Assembly: GCA_951813565.1 (NCBI GenBank)
Contig: OX638351.1
Location: forward strand, 2,592,001 to 2,656,000
Source: an uncultured Poribacteria bacterium
GTDB taxonomy: Bacteria > Poribacteria > WGA-4E > WGA-3G
Direction: 5' to 3'
Length of the DNA: 64,000 bases
Made by a program: the position numbers and the translations under genes
Part shown: positions 48,737-58,374 of the stretch, piece by piece
How the letters are laid out: each line of letters begins with the position of its first letter
Numbering within the stretch: position 1 is the first letter of the stretch
Notes under the pieces: generated by a model
Told to the model about the DNA's origin: nothing
The model's database searches: none
The model's input: only the letters and a program-made list of their open reading frames with translations

Positions 48737-49120
48737 CAGAAAACTCCTTTTTAGGAGTTGCTTTTTCTGACAGGTTTCTGATACAATAATTAGATAAGAC
48801 AGAATGCCAGAAAAGCAACTCGCTTTTTTGTGTTCAATTAGGGGGTTAGCAGCCCTCTAATTTCTTATCTAAATTGTATCATATTTTCACAATTAAAACA
48901 AGCGAAAAATGTAGTCTACACAAGGATTTAGAGCGATTTTTAAAATTTTGTTGAAAGTCCAAAACTACTTATTGCGAAAGTATTTATAGATTTACTATAA
49001 TATTTTCAATTCTGTTTGTGGCGGGTCCCAACACCCGCCTCTATTATATTTCCAATTTGTGCTAACCATCGTAGTTTCCAACCTTCCAAATTTTGAAATA
49101 CCCTTCAAGGAGGAATCAAC

Positions 49121-49909
49121 ATGAAAACTCAGAAAGTTATCTTCCTAAGCATTTTCCTAAGCCTACTCCTCTGCCAAGTTGGATTTGCTGCTGGTGGAAA
49201 AGGCAACGTGGCACAACTCGGCAAGAAGTTGTATGTCTGGCATCTTGACGAAGGCAGTGGAAAAGAGACAAAAGATGCGACTGCAGGTTTAGTCGGAAAA
49301 TTTAACGGTGATGTCAAGTGGACTGACGGTATCCTCGGCAAAGCCGTGCAGATGGCGGGAAAAGTCGGAGAACCGGATTTCATTGAGGTCGCACATTCTG
49401 ATGAGGTAGACATAGACCAAGCCATTACGATGATGGCATGGATTTATCCCGACGAACTTCCGGCAGGTGGGCAGGAGAACAAATTCACGATTTTCTACAA
49501 AAACACTTATTATCTGCAAATTGAACCTGGGGCAGGTCAATTCGCTTACTATTTCTACGATACCGATAACCCCGGTTACCATATTTCTGATGGTAAGGTG
49601 AAGGCGAAAGAATGGTCACATGTCGCGCTTGTATGGAACGGAACAGAAGCGCGTTTCTATATCAATGGCGAGCACGATGGCAAGGTCATTCCACAAAAAG
49701 GAACTGGCAGAAGCTCACCTGATAAGGTGTTGCGATTTGGTGGTGAGAGTAACGCTTGCTGTCCACGTTTCTTTCAAGGTCGCATGGACGAACTGATGTT
49801 AGCTAACTATCCACTTTCTGAAGCGGACATCCAGAAAGTCATCAATGATACACTTGATGTTTTCGCTCGCGGCAAATTGGCTACAACATGGGCAAATCTG
49901 AAAAGGTGA
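49121..49909 (+). CDS. Secreted LamG domain protein with C-terminal KLxTTW motif
   Basis: Signal peptide, LDEGSG, WSHVALVWNG...YING, MDEL; ends DVFARGKLATTWANLKR. Confidence 0.88.
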   Translation: MKTQKVIFLSIFLSLLLCQVGFAAGGKGNVAQLGKKLYVWHLDEGSGKETKDATAGLVGKFNGDVKWTDGILGKAVQMAGKVGEPDFIEVAHSDEVDIDQAITMMAWIYPDELPAGGQENKFTIFYKNTYYLQIEPGAGQFAYYFYDTDNPGYHISDGKVKAKEWSHVALVWNGTEARFYINGEHDGKVIPQKGTGRSSPDKVLRFGGESNACCPRFFQGRMDELMLANYPLSEADIQKVINDTLDVFARGKLATTWANLKR

Positions 49910-50053
49910 GATGAACGTCTATTGCTTCCTATTTCATGTAGGGGTGGGTACTTGTGCCCACCCATTTCTGGATCCTCCGAGTTGCGATTCCTTGCAATTG
50001 GCAGTAAACAAGCGTATAATTGGTTTAAATCCATCCCCGTAGGAGAACGAATA

Positions 50054-51490
50054 ATGCGCGAAAATAAAGATACACAATCACTTAACGTCCACATTGCCGT
50101 AGAAAATTTTGGACCGATAGAGAAGGCAGAGATAGATTTGCGTCCGCTTACTGTGTTTGTCGGTGAAAGCAATACTGGTAAGACATATCTCGCGACGCTC
50201 GTCTATGTATTATTTAACACCTTTGAGGGGTTTTCCCGAGTGCCTTTGCCACATAGTATAATTTCGCTTTTAAAACACTCAAGATTCATATCTCAGAAGG
50301 AATTAGATGAAGAGACTCTGGAGACGCTAAAAAAACTAAACATCTGTGGACAACCATTCAAGTTTTCAGACTTGCCGCAGTGGTTATGTAAGCATATATT
50401 GCGCGGCTTTAACAATTCCGAACACTTTGCAGGCGAACTCAAAAGGTGTTTTGATCCGGCCTCTGTCTCAGAGTTGATTCGATTCACTGGTAACAAGGGA
50501 AACAAACTGAAGGTTTCACTAAAAGTAAGTGAGAAAAATCAACCTCTTTGGAACTTTGGAATGAAAAATTCTGGGTCGGACATCGCTGTAGATGGAAATG
50601 TCAATGAGGATATGACTCTTCACATCAAGGATGAAAGGATATCACAAGAAATATTGGGACTTGAAGATCTTACGCTACTTTTACAGGCCAACAGAAGCGA
50701 AACACCAGATTTCTATTACTTGCCTGCTGCTCGGGGCGGTATCATGGAAACCCGCGGGATAATTTCCAATTCACTTATAGATATCGCCACTCCTGGTGGA
50801 TCGGAGCACTTCACTAAAGATTCTACGTTCTCGGGAATGATAGCAGACTTCCTTAAGCAAATAATAAATTATAAAGAAGTTCGTATGCCTTCAAGGGAAA
50901 TAGCTGAGATTGCCAATCTTCTTGAAAAAGAGGTACTGTGTGGAGAGGTTGAAGTCAAGAGTCCAGCTGGAGGATTTCCAGAATTCCTCTACCATCCACG
51001 GGGAGCAGAACAAGGGCTACGTATGAGTCAATCATCATCAATGGTATCAGAACTTGCACCCTTAGTGTTGTTTTTGCGCGGTGTTGTAAAACCGAGAGAT
51101 ACACTCATTATTGAAGAACCAGAAGCTCACCTACATCCCAGGGCGCAAACCAAAATTGCCATTACCCTTGCCCGTTTAGTTCGCGCTGGTGTGCGTGTGA
51201 TTATAACAACCCATAGCGATTGGCTTCTACAACAAATCGGAAATCTGATTCGAGAGGGTGAACTGAATAAGCAGGAGCAAGATACTTCGGAATTACCGCA
51301 CTGGCTATCAAAAGAGGAGGTTGGTGCGTGGTGGTTTCACACTGATAAACCCGTCAAGGAAATTCCGTACGATCGCATTGAAGGTATAGAGCCAAGAGAC
51401 TACGAAGAAGTTGCGGATGGTCTCTACAATAATTTTGTTGAACTTGAGCGACAGTTCCTTAACGAGAAAGCAGAGAGTGAAAATGAATGA
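50054..51490 (+). CDS. AAA_15/AAA_21-type (ABC-like) ATPase
   Basis: NFGPI, Walker A GESNTGKT, Walker B IIEEPEAHLHP, H-loop TTHS; RBS AGGAG. Confidence 0.9.
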   Translation: MRENKDTQSLNVHIAVENFGPIEKAEIDLRPLTVFVGESNTGKTYLATLVYVLFNTFEGFSRVPLPHSIISLLKHSRFISQKELDEETLETLKKLNICGQPFKFSDLPQWLCKHILRGFNNSEHFAGELKRCFDPASVSELIRFTGNKGNKLKVSLKVSEKNQPLWNFGMKNSGSDIAVDGNVNEDMTLHIKDERISQEILGLEDLTLLLQANRSETPDFYYLPAARGGIMETRGIISNSLIDIATPGGSEHFTKDSTFSGMIADFLKQIINYKEVRMPSREIAEIANLLEKEVLCGEVEVKSPAGGFPEFLYHPRGAEQGLRMSQSSSMVSELAPLVLFLRGVVKPRDTLIIEEPEAHLHPRAQTKIAITLARLVRAGVRVIITTHSDWLLQQIGNLIREGELNKQEQDTSELPHWLSKEEVGAWWFHTDKPVKEIPYDRIEGIEPRDYEEVADGLYNNFVELERQFLNEKAESENE

Positions 51491-51977
51491 AACTCTCAAC
51501 GAGATTCGTAATAGGATGGGTGAAGAAAATCTAACAAATTCGTGCGGTAGTAGCAACTGTCGGACTGACACGGATAATGTGCCAAGAGAGCGAGTTGTGG
51601 TAAATGTTGACCTTGCATTCAAAGCGCACGGAGAAACTGGCAAACATTGTGACAGGATACTTTTCTACATTAGCCCAACTGAAAACTACCTTGTTGTAGC
51701 TTTAATTGAACTCAAAAGCGGTACTTTCAAGGCAAGCGATGTTGGTGACCAATTGCGAAATAGTGCTAAATTTGTCCATAATTTTGTGCCACAAAATTGT
51801 GAAATAATCTGTGTTCCGATTCTATTCCATGGTCCAGGAAATCACAAATCACAATTCAATAAACTACGACGTGAGAAAATCAACTTCAGCGGCAAACCAA
51901 TTCCTATTAGCAAAAATAAATGTGGTGCACCTAAGAATTTAGCAAGTGTACTGATGCAAGCAAGTGAGCTATCCTAA
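51483..51977 (+). CDS. Hypothetical protein with PD-(D/E)XK-like motif
   Basis: CD.ILF...IELKSG...DQL; overlaps the ATPase stop. Confidence 0.7.
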   Translation: MNETLNEIRNRMGEENLTNSCGSSNCRTDTDNVPRERVVVNVDLAFKAHGETGKHCDRILFYISPTENYLVVALIELKSGTFKASDVGDQLRNSAKFVHNFVPQNCEIICVPILFHGPGNHKSQFNKLRREKINFSGKPIPISKNKCGAPKNLASVLMQASELS

Positions 51978-51984
51978 TCCAACC

Positions 51985-53244
51985 CTAACTCCACAACCTA
52001 TCATGCGAACGTTCCGCATCCCATTCAGTCGTGGGAACGAAATATCCTGTCTCCTCCGCATGCAGATGTTCTCGGATCACTTCCTCATTGAGTTCAATGC
52101 CTAAACCCGGCGTTTCTGGCACTGCAATATAGCCATCTTGAATAATCGGATTTGGCAATCCAGTTACCATTTCGTCCCACCACGGATTATCCACAGAGTG
52201 ATTTTCCAACACCATAAAGTTTGATGTAGCCGCAGCGCAGTGAACGCTCGCCATTGCACAAACAGGCGTGCCTGCCATGTGCAGTGCCATTGCAATGCCG
52301 TGTTCTTCAGCAAGATCCCCAATCTTCTTCGTTTCCAAAATGCCACCCGATGTCGCAATATCGGGATGGCAGATCGCAATCGCCCGATTCTCGAACAACG
52401 GCATAAAATCTTCTTTGCAGTAAATATCCTCGCCCGTGCAAATAGGTGTTGCACACGAATTGGAAAGGCGAACATATTGGTCGGTATATTGCCACGGCAC
52501 CATATCCTCTAACCACGCGAGGTTATACTCCTCCAATGCTCTTGCAAGACGAATACAATCCTCAATACCGATATGCCCGAAATGATCTACCGCGAGCGGC
52601 ACCTCATAACCGATAATGTTCCGCACCGTTTCTACATATTCACACAATATACTGATGCCTTTTTCCGTCAGGCGAATGCCTGTGAACGGATGCATCAGAT
52701 TGTTTGTGTCTAAATGTCCATCGGGTGCCGAGAGGGTGCCAGACGTACCACGAAGCAGTCCGACACCAATGTCCATCTTCAGAAACGTAAAACCTCTATC
52801 TATGCGTTCTTGAAGTTTATTGCCCATCGCTTCAGCGTCTTTGAGCGAAGGCGTATCGCTATAACATCGAATTTTGTCTCGAAATTTCCCGCCTGCAAGT
52901 TGATAACACGGCACACCGTAAGCTTTCCCCGCAAGGTCCATCAATGCCATCTCAATTCCACAGACTCCGCCACCTTGCCTTGCATGATGACCAAATTGTT
53001 TTATCTGCCGAAAGATTTTATCAACGTTACAAGGGTTCTCCCCCAAAATTCTGCTTTTGAGCATCAATGCATAAGTTGGACTCGCGCCATCGCGAACCTC
53101 CCCAAGTCCATGTATACCCTGATTTGTATCAAGTTTCAAGATAGGTCCACCCACTTGTGTTCGAACAATACGCATATCGTTGATTTTGAGTTCTGAGGGA
53201 CGAGAAGCAGTATTGACATTCGATAATATGGACTGTGTTTCCAT
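51985..53244 (-). CDS. Mandelate racemase/muconate lactonizing enzyme family protein
   Basis: G.GE, EMALMDLAGK, KMD, VDH, WLED, TGED, P..PGLG. Confidence 0.92.
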   Translation of the reverse strand: METQSILSNVNTASRPSELKINDMRIVRTQVGGPILKLDTNQGIHGLGEVRDGASPTYALMLKSRILGENPCNVDKIFRQIKQFGHHARQGGGVCGIEMALMDLAGKAYGVPCYQLAGGKFRDKIRCYSDTPSLKDAEAMGNKLQERIDRGFTFLKMDIGVGLLRGTSGTLSAPDGHLDTNNLMHPFTGIRLTEKGISILCEYVETVRNIIGYEVPLAVDHFGHIGIEDCIRLARALEEYNLAWLEDMVPWQYTDQYVRLSNSCATPICTGEDIYCKEDFMPLFENRAIAICHPDIATSGGILETKKIGDLAEEHGIAMALHMAGTPVCAMASVHCAAATSNFMVLENHSVDNPWWDEMVTGLPNPIIQDGYIAVPETPGLGIELNEEVIREHLHAEETGYFVPTTEWDAERSHDRLWS

Positions 53245-53270
53245 CTGTATCTCCTTTACTCCTTTAAAAT

Positions 53271-53298
53271 GTAGAGGCGGGTCTCCGTGCCCGCCTAC
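53271..53298. repeat. Uninterrupted REP-like palindrome (empty-site reference)
   Basis: GTAGAGGCGGGTCTCCGTGCCCGCCTAC; the same REP is interrupted at 40510-40569. Confidence 0.75.
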
Positions 53299-53327
53299 GC
53301 TCCTGCATACAAAAAACTGAATTTGGT

Positions 53328-54038
53328 TTAGTGAAATAATAACGCGGCATCTAACACACCCAAATGGAGTGAAGCGCGTTGTTCAAGTGGCCAAACGGTC
53401 GGTGTTTCGGTGATGATGACATGCTTGCTGTGGAAATGTAATAGGTAGGGAGCTAAACCTTGCGTGCCCCATTCTGAGGCAACCTTGTAAACGCCTTGGG
53501 CGATGTCAGGCGCATCTTCACCCGAATCTTCGGTATCTATCGGACCTATGGATTTGACAGTGTTAGCGATTTCGGGACCGATATACTGTTCATCCTGTTT
53601 TCCTTCGTAGAGGTAGAATCCTGTTGTCTCATAGTCTTCATGAAAGTCTATCGCTAATGAAAATTGTGTTTGACCAAATGCTTTTTTGACGATTGCCACC
53701 TCAGAAATTTTCTCGGTCTCAAAAGAACGGTTAATATCAACACCATCGCTATTCTCTCGTGTATCGTGGACATAACCATAAGGATTGACACACGGAATTA
53801 CCACAAACGTAAACTTTTTCAGGAGTTCGGTATTATCGCGTTCTAAGAACTGTAGGACTGCTTCTATACCTGCGGGTTCATCACCGTGTACGCCACCCGT
53901 GATTAGGATGTTCTTGGACGTGTTTGTTGATGATTCAAGACGAAGTAGATGTATTGGATAGTCGGAAACTTTACCGATTATTTTCATCGGTATTTCTATT
54001 TTGTTCAGACGATCAACTATCATACTATAATCGCGCAA
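53328..54038 (-). CDS. M14-family metallocarboxypeptidase/deacylase
   Basis: GVHGDEPAG, NP.G, DINRSF, DFHED, ETP. Confidence 0.88.
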   Translation of the reverse strand: MRDYSMIVDRLNKIEIPMKIIGKVSDYPIHLLRLESSTNTSKNILITGGVHGDEPAGIEAVLQFLERDNTELLKKFTFVVIPCVNPYGYVHDTRENSDGVDINRSFETEKISEVAIVKKAFGQTQFSLAIDFHEDYETTGFYLYEGKQDEQYIGPEIANTVKSIGPIDTEDSGEDAPDIAQGVYKVASEWGTQGLAPYLLHFHSKHVIITETPTVWPLEQRASLHLGVLDAALLFH

Positions 54039-54077
54039 TATGAGAATCCTTTATTGAGGAGCAATCTGCAATAAAAC

Positions 54078-54884
54078 CTATTCTTGTGTATTTCGCCACT
54101 CAGCGAAATCCTTTTCAATCTCTTCCGACCATTTCCGATCAATTTCGCCGGGGGTGTAGACGCCTTCTCGCAAACGTTGGTGTCCAAATCGGTCGCGAAG
54201 TTGAACCTCCTCACCTTGTTCAACGACCTGCTGTGCAAAGTGCGGTGGAATAAAGATTACCCCGCCCCGTCTACCTAAAACCACATCTCCAGGTAAAACG
54301 GTCGCTTCAGCGATGCGGATAGGAATGTTAATACCGGTGAGTGTGACGTTTGCAATCCCAGTCGGGTCTACACCACGCACAAATGTAGCAAAATCTGGCA
54401 ATTCATAAATACCATCCAAATCTCTGATACCACCGTCAATTACCATGCCTGTCCTTGTTTTCGCGTAGATAGAATTGCCGAGGTTATCACCAGCAAAAGT
54501 GCCTTCTTTAACTTTTCCAAAAAGGTCTACGACGATAACATCATCTTGGACAAGCGTATCAATCACCCATGAGTTTTGACCACCAACACGACCTTCTTTT
54601 TCACCTTGTGTTGAAACGGCATCGCTAAAGTCAGGACGGACCGGGACAAAAGCGCAAGTTACTGCCCTGCCAACGAGAACACGGTCCGGATGCAGATTCA
54701 TCCAATCGCCTGCAAACTGAAACCTATAACCGTTCCCGTTGAGCACACCCCATGCTTGTTCTATAGAGATTGCTTTCATCCGTTGAAGAATATCATCAGA
54801 AACGCGCGGTCGTCCATCAGGGAATCGGTCACCTTCCCATAAATGCGTCATTGCAAGGATGTTTTCTTTATTGATAAGTTGCAC
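54078..54884 (-). CDS. RraA/HMG aldolase family protein
   Basis: GRAVT, GDNL, VIDGGIRD, V.PGDVV.G...GV.FIP. Confidence 0.88.
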   Translation of the reverse strand: MQLINKENILAMTHLWEGDRFPDGRPRVSDDILQRMKAISIEQAWGVLNGNGYRFQFAGDWMNLHPDRVLVGRAVTCAFVPVRPDFSDAVSTQGEKEGRVGGQNSWVIDTLVQDDVIVVDLFGKVKEGTFAGDNLGNSIYAKTRTGMVIDGGIRDLDGIYELPDFATFVRGVDPTGIANVTLTGINIPIRIAEATVLPGDVVLGRRGGVIFIPPHFAQQVVEQGEEVQLRDRFGHQRLREGVYTPGEIDRKWSEEIEKDFAEWRNTQE

Positions 54885-54914
54885 GTTTTGTCCCTTCCGC
54901 GAGTAGTATTAGCG

Positions 54915-55769
54915 TTAAAGTCCTGCGTTCTGCCACACCTGATTAAGTGATTCCGCGGTGGCTTTCGCGGCATCAGCGGGTTCCATTTCATTCACCTTTT
55001 TACTGAAAGGTTCTGGAGTCACAGGACCATCATAACCGATGTTGGATAGGATTTGCATCAATTCGGTAAGTGGAATAACACCCGTTTCAGCAGGCAAACA
55101 ACGGATGTTGTCAATCTGTTCATCTGGATCAATACCTGCAGGCGCGTCATTGATATGGACATAAACAACGTCCGATGCGGAAAGTTTTCTAACATCGTCA
55201 ACGGTAGAACGACAGGTGTACCAGTGCCACGTATCAAAGAGCAACCCAACGTTACCAGTGTCAACCGCCGCAGCCAATCCTAACATAGCGTCCATTGAAT
55301 ATGCAAAAAGGTGTTTTGCAGATTTCCGACTTGTCGCCGGTCCAATAAACTCAAGACCGATAGAATGACCATGCGCTTTGAGGATTTCGGCAACAGAACG
55401 GAGTCGTTTGACTGAGAAATCCCAATTTTCCTGAAACGGCATATCGTTTGAAGCAGGTCCGACAACAGTAGTCGTGCGGAAACAACCAAGTTCAGCTGCA
55501 AGCTCTGCACGGGCAGGTAATTGTGCTAATCCAGCATAATAATCAGCATCAGAGCCACGCCAATTAACACCGAATCCCCAACCGCCCATCGCGATGCCAG
55601 CGTCCGTCCACAAGTCTTTTACATATTGGACAGAGTGTTCTTCAGCAAGTTGACTCGCTTCACCGATATTTAGGTCAAGCCCTTCAAATCCGGCTTCTTT
55701 TGCTAATGCTAAACCCTTTTTCATATCTGCATGGATACCAATTGCACCAGTATTTAGATTTTTAAACAT
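54915..55769 (-). CDS. Sugar phosphate isomerase/epimerase (TIM barrel)
   Basis: GFEGLD, LEF, FDTWH, VHIND, GYDGPV..E. Confidence 0.88.
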   Translation of the reverse strand: MFKNLNTGAIGIHADMKKGLALAKEAGFEGLDLNIGEASQLAEEHSVQYVKDLWTDAGIAMGGWGFGVNWRGSDADYYAGLAQLPARAELAAELGCFRTTTVVGPASNDMPFQENWDFSVKRLRSVAEILKAHGHSIGLEFIGPATSRKSAKHLFAYSMDAMLGLAAAVDTGNVGLLFDTWHWYTCRSTVDDVRKLSASDVVYVHINDAPAGIDPDEQIDNIRCLPAETGVIPLTELMQILSNIGYDGPVTPEPFSKKVNEMEPADAAKATAESLNQVWQNAGL

Positions 55770-55824
55770 AATTTCTCCTTTCCATTTATTGTCTCAATTT
55801 TGTCGGAGGACGCCTACAAAATTA

Positions 55825-56529
55825 TTACTGCTTTTCGCCTCGCAAAACTTTCGCAGCAACAGCCCAAGGATAGTCATTGTCTTCCGCCTTTGCATCACGA
55901 TAGGTAGGAATCCACACCCAGCGTTCCTCACCTGAGCGGTTAGGATGACTTGAGTGAAGCGTCAGATCATGAAAAAAGACTGCACCGCCTGCTTCCAACT
56001 CTGCTGTAACAGCAAGACTTTCATCAACAGCATCGGGACGCAAACGATTTCCAAACCCGTGCCCATCACTTGCATCGCCATCATGCACAATCGCGGATTT
56101 ATGTGAACCCGGAAATAATTTGAGACATCCGTTTTCAACAGTAACATCATCAAGCGCAACCCAAATTGAATACTTGTGCGCGCCATGCCAATAGTGCCAA
56201 TCTTGATGCCACGGACTTGCAAAGGTCATTGACTCACTCTTAAAAACAACCTTATCGCTCAGAAATTCAATATCAGGTGCAAGTATTTCCGCCAATACAT
56301 CAAGAATTCGTTCATCGCCGACTGCTTCCTGAAAGACAGGACTTCGTGCCGCTAAACCAACATAAACACCGTGTCCAGCAACCGAACCCGTCTCTTTCTT
56401 AACTGCCTCCAGAATGTCAATACATTCCAATTTTAGCCGTTGCACCTCATCCCGCGTAAACAGATTAGGAACGATAGCAAACCCTGTCCGAGCAAAATCG
56501 TCGCATAGGGTTGACATTTCAACATTCAT
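55825..56529 (-). CDS. PhyH-family dioxygenase
   Basis: WHQD, WVALDD...NGCL..FPGSH, LHSS..N.S. Confidence 0.92.
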   Translation of the reverse strand: MNVEMSTLCDDFARTGFAIVPNLFTRDEVQRLKLECIDILEAVKKETGSVAGHGVYVGLAARSPVFQEAVGDERILDVLAEILAPDIEFLSDKVVFKSESMTFASPWHQDWHYWHGAHKYSIWVALDDVTVENGCLKLFPGSHKSAIVHDGDASDGHGFGNRLRPDAVDESLAVTAELEAGGAVFFHDLTLHSSHPNRSGEERWVWIPTYRDAKAEDNDYPWAVAAKVLRGEKQ

Positions 56530-56531
56530 AT

Positions 56532-57596
56532 TTATTCTACCTCAATGTGAACCTCGCGTCCCGTCTCACCACTTTTGAGCAAACCTTCCATCATCTGCTG
56601 AACGATCAGTCCGTGCCGAAGCGGTGCTTTGCACTGGACACCATCTAAGATACATTCAATGAAATGATCAGCAATCGCATCCCATGCTTCATTGTATTTA
56701 CTCTTAGGCAAGGTTATATCTATATCTTCAAATTCGCCTTTTTTATCTGTTCTATATGCTTTCAAGGGGCTAAGTGTCGCACCAGCTTCCGTTCCGAACA
56801 GTTCTATCTGAAATTCGCCTGGTTGATGGGATGCCCAGAAACTTTCCACTTGTAATCCTATTCCGTTTTCAAAGGTAATAAATCCGCCAGCATAATCGTC
56901 AGAGTCATATTTCTCGTACGTCTCCTTCGGCGGTTTTGTACGGTTCCAATAGCCGAGTCCGCGCGGTCCAAACTTTGCACCCGCAGCACCAAGAACAGCA
57001 ACAGGTTTCGGCATACCTATAATCCACCAGACAGAATCAAGCACATGCACCCCCATATCACGGAATGCGCCGCCACCTTTCTGTATGAAACCGAGATTCC
57101 ATGCGGGGATTCCACTTCTGCGAACACTTCGCGCACGGGCATAATATAGTTCACCGAAATAGTTGTCACGAGCAAGATTACCAAGGTGTTGGCAGCTATG
57201 ACCAAAACGAGTTGAAAGAGACATCATATTGACGACTCCTGCAGTCTCGGCTTCTTGGACTAACTTTTCCGCTGCTTCTTCGCAATCTGCCAGCGGCTTT
57301 GTTACCATGACATGCTTACCATTCCGCACTGCTTCTAACGCTATCGGCACATGCCACTGATTCGGTGTCCCAACAAACACTGCGTCAATATCCGACGCTT
57401 TGCACATCTCCTTGTAATCTGTGTAGAGTTTGACTTTACCCGGTAAATCTTTGGCAAAACCTTTCATGCGTTCTTCATCAAGATCGCAAAGCGCTACAAC
57501 TTTTCCTCTTGCATTCCTTGAGAGTGCTGCCCCATTCGGTCTACCAATACCCATGCCGACAACAGCAACGCGGACCTGTTTTTTCTTAGATGCCAT
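56532..57596 (-). CDS. Gfo/Idh/MocA oxidoreductase
   Basis: VVGMG.G, TPN..H, GKHV..TKP, GGGA..DMGVH..D. Start placed after GGAG. Confidence 0.9.
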   Translation of the reverse strand: MASKKKQVRVAVVGMGIGRPNGAALSRNARGKVVALCDLDEERMKGFAKDLPGKVKLYTDYKEMCKASDIDAVFVGTPNQWHVPIALEAVRNGKHVMVTKPLADCEEAAEKLVQEAETAGVVNMMSLSTRFGHSCQHLGNLARDNYFGELYYARARSVRRSGIPAWNLGFIQKGGGAFRDMGVHVLDSVWWIIGMPKPVAVLGAAGAKFGPRGLGYWNRTKPPKETYEKYDSDDYAGGFITFENGIGLQVESFWASHQPGEFQIELFGTEAGATLSPLKAYRTDKKGEFEDIDITLPKSKYNEAWDAIADHFIECILDGVQCKAPLRHGLIVQQMMEGLLKSGETGREVHIEVE

Positions 57597-57672
57597 TATA
57601 ATAGTGTCTCCAATTTTGATAGTTACGGCACACCAAATGCACTTATAGTATTCGGCGGCATGTGCCTCTATT

Positions 57673-58245
57673 TTAAAATGGTCTGCCAAATCTATTCAAT
57701 ATCGGACTGACTTCGTTTTTGACAGGTTTAATTGATTTCAGGTACGCCCAAATTGCCTTCAAGTCAGTATCACTCATTTGGGCATAATGCTTTGTTGTCA
57801 GCGTCTGCATCGGCGGAAAAATCTTTCGATTGTCTTTAGTGCCCTGATGATGTCCGGTACGTATAGCATCAATGAACATCTTCTCTGTCCATTCACCTAA
57901 TCCTGTTTCTTTGTCTGGAGTCAAATTAGATGCAAAACTTGTTCCGAACGGACCTGAAAAAGCACTCAATTTAGGTGAAGTCAATAGAAAAATGCTCTGT
58001 CGCATCATGTTAAAATTATAACGCGGAGAAGATTCAGTTGCAGGATGTCCCGCGAGATACATGTCCATATTGTATTCAGCACCCGCACGCGGTGTATGGC
58101 AATATCCGCACGCAGCAACTGCATCAACAAGATATTTCCCGCGTTCCACCATATCATTCTGGCTTTCGACTGACTGGATACTTATCGCTATTATGACACC
58201 GATGAAAAGTATCGTTAAACCAAATATTAAAAGTTTTTGGCGCAT
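57673..58245 (-). CDS. c-type cytochrome
   Basis: N-terminal signal/TM, RGKYL, CGYCHTP, ASNLTPD.ETG.G.W. Confidence 0.88.
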   Translation of the reverse strand: MRQKLLIFGLTILFIGVIIAISIQSVESQNDMVERGKYLVDAVAACGYCHTPRAGAEYNMDMYLAGHPATESSPRYNFNMMRQSIFLLTSPKLSAFSGPFGTSFASNLTPDKETGLGEWTEKMFIDAIRTGHHQGTKDNRKIFPPMQTLTTKHYAQMSDTDLKAIWAYLKSIKPVKNEVSPILNRFGRPF

Positions 58246-58374
58246 TTCATTTCTCCTATAAAATTCAAATCTTGTGTAAATCTCACGTTAATTTAGCACT
58301 TTGTGCAAATAGATGCAATAGAAAAAGGCGCGGTTTAGACCGCGCCTAAAATTCGTAGTAGCTATAAAACGATC

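Larger units (their letters stand above)
47569..48976 (-). mobile_element. IS1595-family insertion sequence, intact ends
   Basis: Perfect 26 bp TIR CGCAATAAGTAGTTTTGGACTTTCAA; 8 bp target duplication AAAGTATT (47561-47568, 48977-48984). Confidence 0.95.
47300..48999. mobile_element. Outer TATAGT-ended MITE hosting an inner MITE (47365-47501) and IS1595
   Basis: Outer ends TATAGTGAAACCCATAAT / ATTTATAGATTTACTATA; inner ends TATAGTGAACTT / AAGTTTACTATA. Both carry GTAG-type palindromes. Confidence 0.65.

Noticed and set aside
49922..50053. Upstream extension of the AAA ATPase
   Set aside because: It covers a REP-like palindrome; AGGAG precedes the ATG at 50054.
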